From: Planctomycetota bacterium
GTDB taxonomy: Bacteria; Planctomycetota; UBA1135; GCA-002686595
Direction of reading: 5' to 3'
Length of the DNA stretch: 45,336 nt
NCBI GenBank assembly: GCA_034440255.1
Contig: JAWXBU010000245.1
Location: forward strand, 1 to 45,336
The notes below the pieces were generated by a model that searched no databases, was not told the DNA's origin, and worked only from the letters and a program-made list of their open reading frames with translations. Positions 40,545 to 45,336 of this stretch are shown here, piece by piece. The stretch's first letter is position 1; every line of letters begins with the position of its first letter. A program made the position numbers and the translations under genes.

Positions 40545-40975
40545 TGCCGACGTACGACTACGTCTGTTCGGCGTGCGGTCACGCGCTCGAGATCTTCCAC
40601 TCGATGACCGCAGCGGCGAAGAAGAAGTGTCCTGCCTGCGGCAAAGCGAAGCTGGAGCGCAAGATCGGCGCGGGTGCGGGATTCCTCTTCAAGGGCGCGG
40701 GCTTCTACAAGACCGACTACCGCTCGGATTCCTACAAGGCTGGCGAAAAGGCAGAGAAAGAGCCTGTTTCGAGCCCCGAGACGACGAAGGCGGCCTCGGA
40801 CAAGCCCGCTGACTCGGCAAGCGAGAAGGCAAGCGAGAAGGCGAGCGAGAAGGCGGGCGATGCGCAGTCGACGGCCTCGAAGACCACGCCTCCGACGACG
40901 GGCGAGTCCAAGCCAGGCGCATCGAAGTCCGCAGCGAAGCCGGCTTCGAAAACGAAGTCGAAGAAGAACGACTGA
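40544..40975 (+). CDS. FmdB-family zinc-ribbon protein with Ser/Lys/Ala-rich C-terminal tail
   Basis: MPTYDYVCSACGHALEIFHSMT...KKCPACGKAKLERKIGAG (CxxC...CxxC; TIGR02605-like). Tail contains SEKASEKASEKA (12-bp DNA repeats) and ends KPASKTKSKKND. The ATG overlaps the grpE stop (TGATG). Confidence 0.7.
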   Translation: MPTYDYVCSACGHALEIFHSMTAAAKKKCPACGKAKLERKIGAGAGFLFKGAGFYKTDYRSDSYKAGEKAEKEPVSSPETTKAASDKPADSASEKASEKASEKAGDAQSTASKTTPPTTGESKPGASKSAAKPASKTKSKKND

Positions 40976-40979
40976 GCGC

Positions 40980-41852
40980 TCAAGAAGCGCGCGACGTTGG
41001 TTCCGCTGCAACGCCGCCCAAGAACAATTCCTCGATCAACTCCGCGAGCGCCGTCGAATTGTTCGAGCCGATGACGCGATCGGCGGCTGCCAAAGCTTCC
41101 ACCATGCTGCCTTGCATGGCGACCGCGAGCCCGGCTGCCTCGAACATCGGAATGTCGTTCGTCGCATCACCGACGGCGACGATGCGCTCGGGCGGGATCC
41201 CGTAGCGTTCTCCCAAGATGCGCACGCCTTCGGCTTTGCCTCGACACGGCGGATGCAGATCCAAGCACGACGCGCGACTCTCGCGGTGCATCGGCAACCA
41301 CGAGAGCGGAAAGTGCGTGATGTAGATCGGCGCATCGATCGCGGCGCGAACGTCGTCCGAGAGCGCGATCGAGTCCGCGTGCGTCTCGGAATAGAACGTC
41401 ACGCGCACGATGTGATCGCCGCGTAACTCATCGCGCGGCACGATCTGCAAGCCCTGCAATCCGCGCAGCGCGTCGACTTGGAGCGGCGTCACCGGCGTGT
41501 TCGCGTATTTCGCCTGCGACGCCATCAGCACTGTCAAAAGTTCGCGTGTGCGTCCGAATTCGATCGCGCGGGCGAGCGTTTTCGGGCCCAAAACGCGTTC
41601 TTCCAGCATCTTGTCGCTCCTCGGATCCCACAGCCCGGCACCGTTGAAAACCACCGCCGGCGTCTTCATTCCGAGCTCGAGCACGACGGGCCGCGTCGAA
41701 ATCGTCGAGCGCCCTGTCGCGATCATCACGCGCACGCCGCTCGCCTCCGAGGCGCGACACGCCGCGATCGTGCGCGGGTGGATTGCGCTCTCCTCGTTCA
41801 AGAGCGTGCCGTCGAGATCGATCAGGATGGCGTCGTAGTCGCGCGAACTCAT
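40980..41852 (-). CDS. HAD-superfamily hydrolase, Cof-like (subfamily IIB)
   Basis: Start MSSRDYDAILIDLDGTLL (DxDGT motif I). 'VMIATGR' (motif II-like). 'GDATNDIPMFEAAGLAVAMQGS' (motif IV). The upstream 65 codons of the track ORF are an Arg-rich leader. Confidence 0.7.
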   Translation of the reverse strand: MSSRDYDAILIDLDGTLLNEESAIHPRTIAACRASEASGVRVMIATGRSTISTRPVVLELGMKTPAVVFNGAGLWDPRSDKMLEERVLGPKTLARAIEFGRTRELLTVLMASQAKYANTPVTPLQVDALRGLQGLQIVPRDELRGDHIVRVTFYSETHADSIALSDDVRAAIDAPIYITHFPLSWLPMHRESRASCLDLHPPCRGKAEGVRILGERYGIPPERIVAVGDATNDIPMFEAAGLAVAMQGSMVEALAAADRVIGSNNSTALAELIEELFLGGVAAEPTSRAS

Positions 41853-41890
41853 GAGTGAAGCCGCGCAGAATAACGAGCGCGCACGACTTC

Positions 41891-44800
41891 TCAACGCCGC
41901 GGATCGAACGGGATCTTCGTCACCTGTCCCGCGGTGACGTCGAGTTCGCGCTCCAGCCTGGGCGCCGCGTTCTGTTCGCCATGGCGGCGCACGACCAACT
42001 TGTAGTGTCCGGGCACGACCGCAGGCATGTGACCGGCGTTGTTCCACGAACCGACGTACGTGGACCTCTCGCGTCGCCCCTCGGGCTCACCGACGGGGAT
42101 CAAGCGACACTCGAACCAGTCGTCGCGACTGCTGCTGCTGCGGGCCATGTCGACCAGGACCTGACCGGCACTCCGCAACTTGAAGTCGACGCCGTGGCGT
42201 ACTTCGCCGGAGCTCAACGTGAACTCGCCGGAGAAGCCTTCCTCGACCCACTCGCCGCTGACGCCGACGGCGATCGGTTCTTGCGTCACGAGTCCGGGGA
42301 TGACGTATTGACCATTCGAATCCGTCGTGATGCCGCGACCCGACACTTGTTTCCAATCGACGTTCGGATTGCCACGGTCGTCTTCGGTTATGACCATGCG
42401 ATACGGTGCGTCGATTTCGAGTCCGCCCTGTGTTCGCCAACAACGCACGGAGATTCCGGCGAGCGGCCGACCCTCGGCGTCGACGACGCGCCCTTCGACG
42501 CCCGAGATGTCGAGATCGAAGTCGCGCTGCAGCGGTTCAGCGCCGACGCGCAAGCGGAACTCGGTCGCTTGCGTGCGATGTTCGAGGACGACGAGCGCGC
42601 TGTATTCGCCGCAGCGCAGATGCTCGATCTTGTATGCACCGTCGTGCCCCGAAACCGTCGCGAACGGGTCGGTGCCGTCGCCCCAGTACGCTTGTCCGTT
42701 CTTGTCGCTGCCCGGGTCACGCGGCACGAATTTGATGTGCGCACCCGCGGCGACTCGCCCGCCTTCGCGCACGATGCCGAACACCGAGCCGCGCGGTGGA
42801 GCATTGAACTCGAGCTTCGTCTCGTTGCCTTCGACGACCGCGATCTCGCGCCACGGCGATTCTTGCCGCTCGGAACCGTCTTCGCTCCAGAAGTACGCGT
42901 CGCCGTCGTCTTCGCGCACGCGGAAGCCGTGAACGCCGGACTCGAGCGCGTCGAAGCGCACGAGGCCTTGGATGTCGCTCTTGACCGAGCTCTCGATGTT
43001 CTCGTCGTCCAAATTCTCTTTGGGCAAACGATGCTGCACACCGACGCCCTCGACCACGTGTCCTGCGCCGTCGGTGACGACGACGACGACCGAGCCGCCA
43101 TGGTCGAGTTTCAACTCGACTTCCATGCCGACGCCAGGCGTGAACGTGACGCGTTGCGCGCGACACGGTCGATAGCCTTTCGCAGTCGCGACGACGAGCA
43201 CTGCGCGATTCTCGACGATACTGAGGCGCGCCTTCCCGTCTGCGCCCGTGCGCGCGACCCTCAAATTCACGTCACCCAGCAACGTTTGTTCGATCGCTTC
43301 GGATTGCGTGTTGCGCAGATCCTTTTCGTCGCGGGTCGCCGAGAGCACGACCCGCGCATCCTCGATCGGGTCTCCGGTCTTCACGTCGCGCACGGTCGCA
43401 ATGACGACGTGCTCGGGCTTCATGCGGATGTCGCCGAGCGCTAGATCCTGCGCCGTCTTCAGCACCGTGTTCTTGTTCTCGTGATCCTTGTAGCCGTTCG
43501 CGGTAACGCGCAACGGAACCGGATTCGTGTTCGTCAGCGGAATGCGCAGTTCGCCGAAACGCACGATTCCACCGGGGAAGTGGTGCTTCACCTCGCCCTT
43601 GTCGTCGCGCAGCGAGCGCTCGCGAGCGATTCCTGAATACACGACGAAATCTGTGAGCGGTTCGCCGGTCGCATCGTCGACGACGCGAAAACTCAGTGCT
43701 GATTCAGGCTTCAGCACCAGTTCGACGGACAAGTTCGGCGCGCGCACCGTCTTTGCCTCGATGGCCGCGAAGCCCTTCCAGCCGCCTTCGTCGAGCTTTG
43801 TCGAAGCGGCCAAACGGTAGTTCGCGTTCGCCTTGAGGCCGTGGATCGTGAACGAACCGTCGGCCTCGACGAAGCCGTAGCGCGTGCGTACTTCGTCTTT
43901 CGATTTTTCCGAGGAGCTCTTCGGCGGAGTGTCGAACGAGGGGCGCTCTTCCCCTTCTTCGTGATCGGCGTCCTCGACCTGTTGACGTGCCGCGATGCGC
44001 AGACCCGCAGGAATGGGTGCTTCCTTGCACACGATCTTGCCCTGGATCTTCGTGCCCACTTGCAGCCGCACCACGACACCGACTTCCTTGCCGCCAGCGA
44101 GTTCGATCTCGCCTTCGCACTCAGCCACGACGCACTCGGGCGCTTCGACCAAGAGATGCCAGCGACCTGCGGCCAGTTGATCGACGACGAAAGTGCCGTC
44201 TGCGCCGCTCTCGGTCGCCGGTACGCCGCGCCCTGGAACCGTGACGAGGTTCGAACGATTCACGCAATCGAGTGCGATCAAGATCTTGGCGCCGCCATAC
44301 GCGTCGCCTTGCGGGCCGATCACGCGGCCTTCGACGCGTACACCCTTCTCGAGCACGATGTCCGCAACGACGTGCCTCTCGTACTGCGGTAATTCGAGGT
44401 GATCCAAATACGTCGGAGCAAAACTCGGCGCGCGTACGGCGATGCGCAACGGCCCTGGTTCCAAGCCTTCGATCGAGAAAGCACCGTCCGCTTCAGTCGC
44501 GACTTGCTGCAACTTGATCCACTGCGTCGGCAGTCCGTCGGGCTCCGTGTCGAGCGGGAACTGAATCCAATTCGACGACGTCGTCGCCCACACCTTTGCT
44601 CCGACGACGCTGGCGCCATGGTGATCCACCACTCGACCGACCACGCGGCGGGCGGCCTTCTTCTTCTTTTCGGCGTTTGCTTTCGCGCGCTCTTCGGCAC
44701 TGGGCGTGATTTGAACCGCGATGCGCGAGGAGGATTCTTCCACTGCGGCATGCGCATTCGCAGCGAGATCGGCGTCGTTCCGTGCACCTTCGCTGTCGCC

Positions 44801-44914
44801 CGCTCTGCCGTCCGACGCGCGTACGACGCCGAGCCCGCGCTGTGTGCCGAACCAAACGCCGAACAACGCTACGAGAGCGAAGGCGAGGACTGCGACTAAG
44901 TGAATCGGACGCAT
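41891..44914 (-). CDS. Giant membrane-anchored/secreted protein built from repeated carboxypeptidase-regulatory-like (CarbopepD_reg / prealbumin-like) beta-sandwich domains
   Basis: Start MRPIHLVAVLAFALVALFGVWFG (signal/anchor). More than 8 repeats of the pattern 'G(R/K)VVD..G.P(V/L)AGA.V......' (e.g. GRVVDHHGASVVGAKVWAT, GRVIGPQGDAYGGAKILIA, GRVVDAEGRPLAGISVRCW). 1007 aa. Confidence 0.65.
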   Translation of the reverse strand: MRPIHLVAVLAFALVALFGVWFGTQRGLGVVRASDGRAGDSEGARNDADLAANAHAAVEESSSRIAVQITPSAEERAKANAEKKKKAARRVVGRVVDHHGASVVGAKVWATTSSNWIQFPLDTEPDGLPTQWIKLQQVATEADGAFSIEGLEPGPLRIAVRAPSFAPTYLDHLELPQYERHVVADIVLEKGVRVEGRVIGPQGDAYGGAKILIALDCVNRSNLVTVPGRGVPATESGADGTFVVDQLAAGRWHLLVEAPECVVAECEGEIELAGGKEVGVVVRLQVGTKIQGKIVCKEAPIPAGLRIAARQQVEDADHEEGEERPSFDTPPKSSSEKSKDEVRTRYGFVEADGSFTIHGLKANANYRLAASTKLDEGGWKGFAAIEAKTVRAPNLSVELVLKPESALSFRVVDDATGEPLTDFVVYSGIARERSLRDDKGEVKHHFPGGIVRFGELRIPLTNTNPVPLRVTANGYKDHENKNTVLKTAQDLALGDIRMKPEHVVIATVRDVKTGDPIEDARVVLSATRDEKDLRNTQSEAIEQTLLGDVNLRVARTGADGKARLSIVENRAVLVVATAKGYRPCRAQRVTFTPGVGMEVELKLDHGGSVVVVVTDGAGHVVEGVGVQHRLPKENLDDENIESSVKSDIQGLVRFDALESGVHGFRVREDDGDAYFWSEDGSERQESPWREIAVVEGNETKLEFNAPPRGSVFGIVREGGRVAAGAHIKFVPRDPGSDKNGQAYWGDGTDPFATVSGHDGAYKIEHLRCGEYSALVVLEHRTQATEFRLRVGAEPLQRDFDLDISGVEGRVVDAEGRPLAGISVRCWRTQGGLEIDAPYRMVITEDDRGNPNVDWKQVSGRGITTDSNGQYVIPGLVTQEPIAVGVSGEWVEEGFSGEFTLSSGEVRHGVDFKLRSAGQVLVDMARSSSSRDDWFECRLIPVGEPEGRRERSTYVGSWNNAGHMPAVVPGHYKLVVRRHGEQNAAPRLERELDVTAGQVTKIPFDPRR

Positions 44915-45174
44915 GGGGAGGGCGCTCTCGCGGTTTGCGCGAGAACTCACCGCATCCAGTAGACCTTACGAACGCTTCTTCGGCGAGTCACGCGTACGGC
45001 ACTACCGAACCCGGATGTACCTGCTGCGCTGCCGACTGCGAGCTGCTGCACTTCGGCACACTCGGCCACTTCATTGGAGCTGACGTTTCGATTCCGAGCC
45101 ACTCCGAACACGCCCCCGCCGCCCCCAGATGCACCGGAACTGACGATTCCATTCCGACGCGGAGCCGCACTCGG

Positions 45175-45336
45175 CCGCCGGGCCAGCGCACTTGGTCGCC
45201 GGGCCAGCACACTTGGTCGCCGGGCCAGCACACTTGGCCGCCGGGCCAGCACACTTGGTCGCCGGGCCAGCACACTTGGCCGCCGGGCCAGCGCACTTGG
45301 CCGCCGGGCCAGCGCACTTGGCCGCCGGGCCAGCGC
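45175..45336. repeat. Tandem array of a 21-bp unit (gccgggccagcRcacttggYc), at least 7.6 copies, truncated by the window end
   Basis: Read directly from the sequence. Lies ~260 bp upstream of the giant CarbopepD_reg-repeat gene start. Confidence 0.85.

Overview
The window is a high-GC (~68%) bacterial chromosomal segment. Its gene content suggests a Planctomycetota- or Myxococcota-like organism: a Sig70_X6-type ECF sigma factor paired with a membrane Ser/Thr kinase carrying periplasmic TPR repeats, an FGE-domain protein, a sulfatase-family lipoprotein, NPCBM and CarboxypepD_reg-repeat secreted giants, and tandem groEL paralogues. Housekeeping blocks are the conserved rpsB-tsf-pyrH-frr cluster, a chaperone cluster (groEL-groEL-dnaJ-grpE-FmdB), pepP and a YqiJ(NfeD)/flotillin pair. 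Three tRNAs on the minus strand: Glu-UUC, Lys-CUU, Lys-UUU. Accessory content is interleaved with these: a RES-Xre toxin-antitoxin pair beside tRNA-Glu; a hicB-hicA pair in which hicA appears frameshifted; a 4.3-kb segment bracketed by the two tRNA-Lys genes; and a ~2-kb low-GC island (~28.63-30.70 kb). The island carries a Cys-rich orphan ORF whose upstream region holds a signal-peptide mini-ORF plus G9 and C8 homopolymers. Three separate tandem-repeat arrays of 21-24 bp with a related core sit in intergenic regions: tRNA-Lys/frr, tsf/pyrH, and upstream of the giant protein at the window end. No CRISPR array, integrase or transposase was recognised. The ORF track appears to report GTG/TTG starts as M, so several true starts lie downstream of the track start. 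Several long antisense or Arg-rich ORFs in the track are frame shadows and were rejected.
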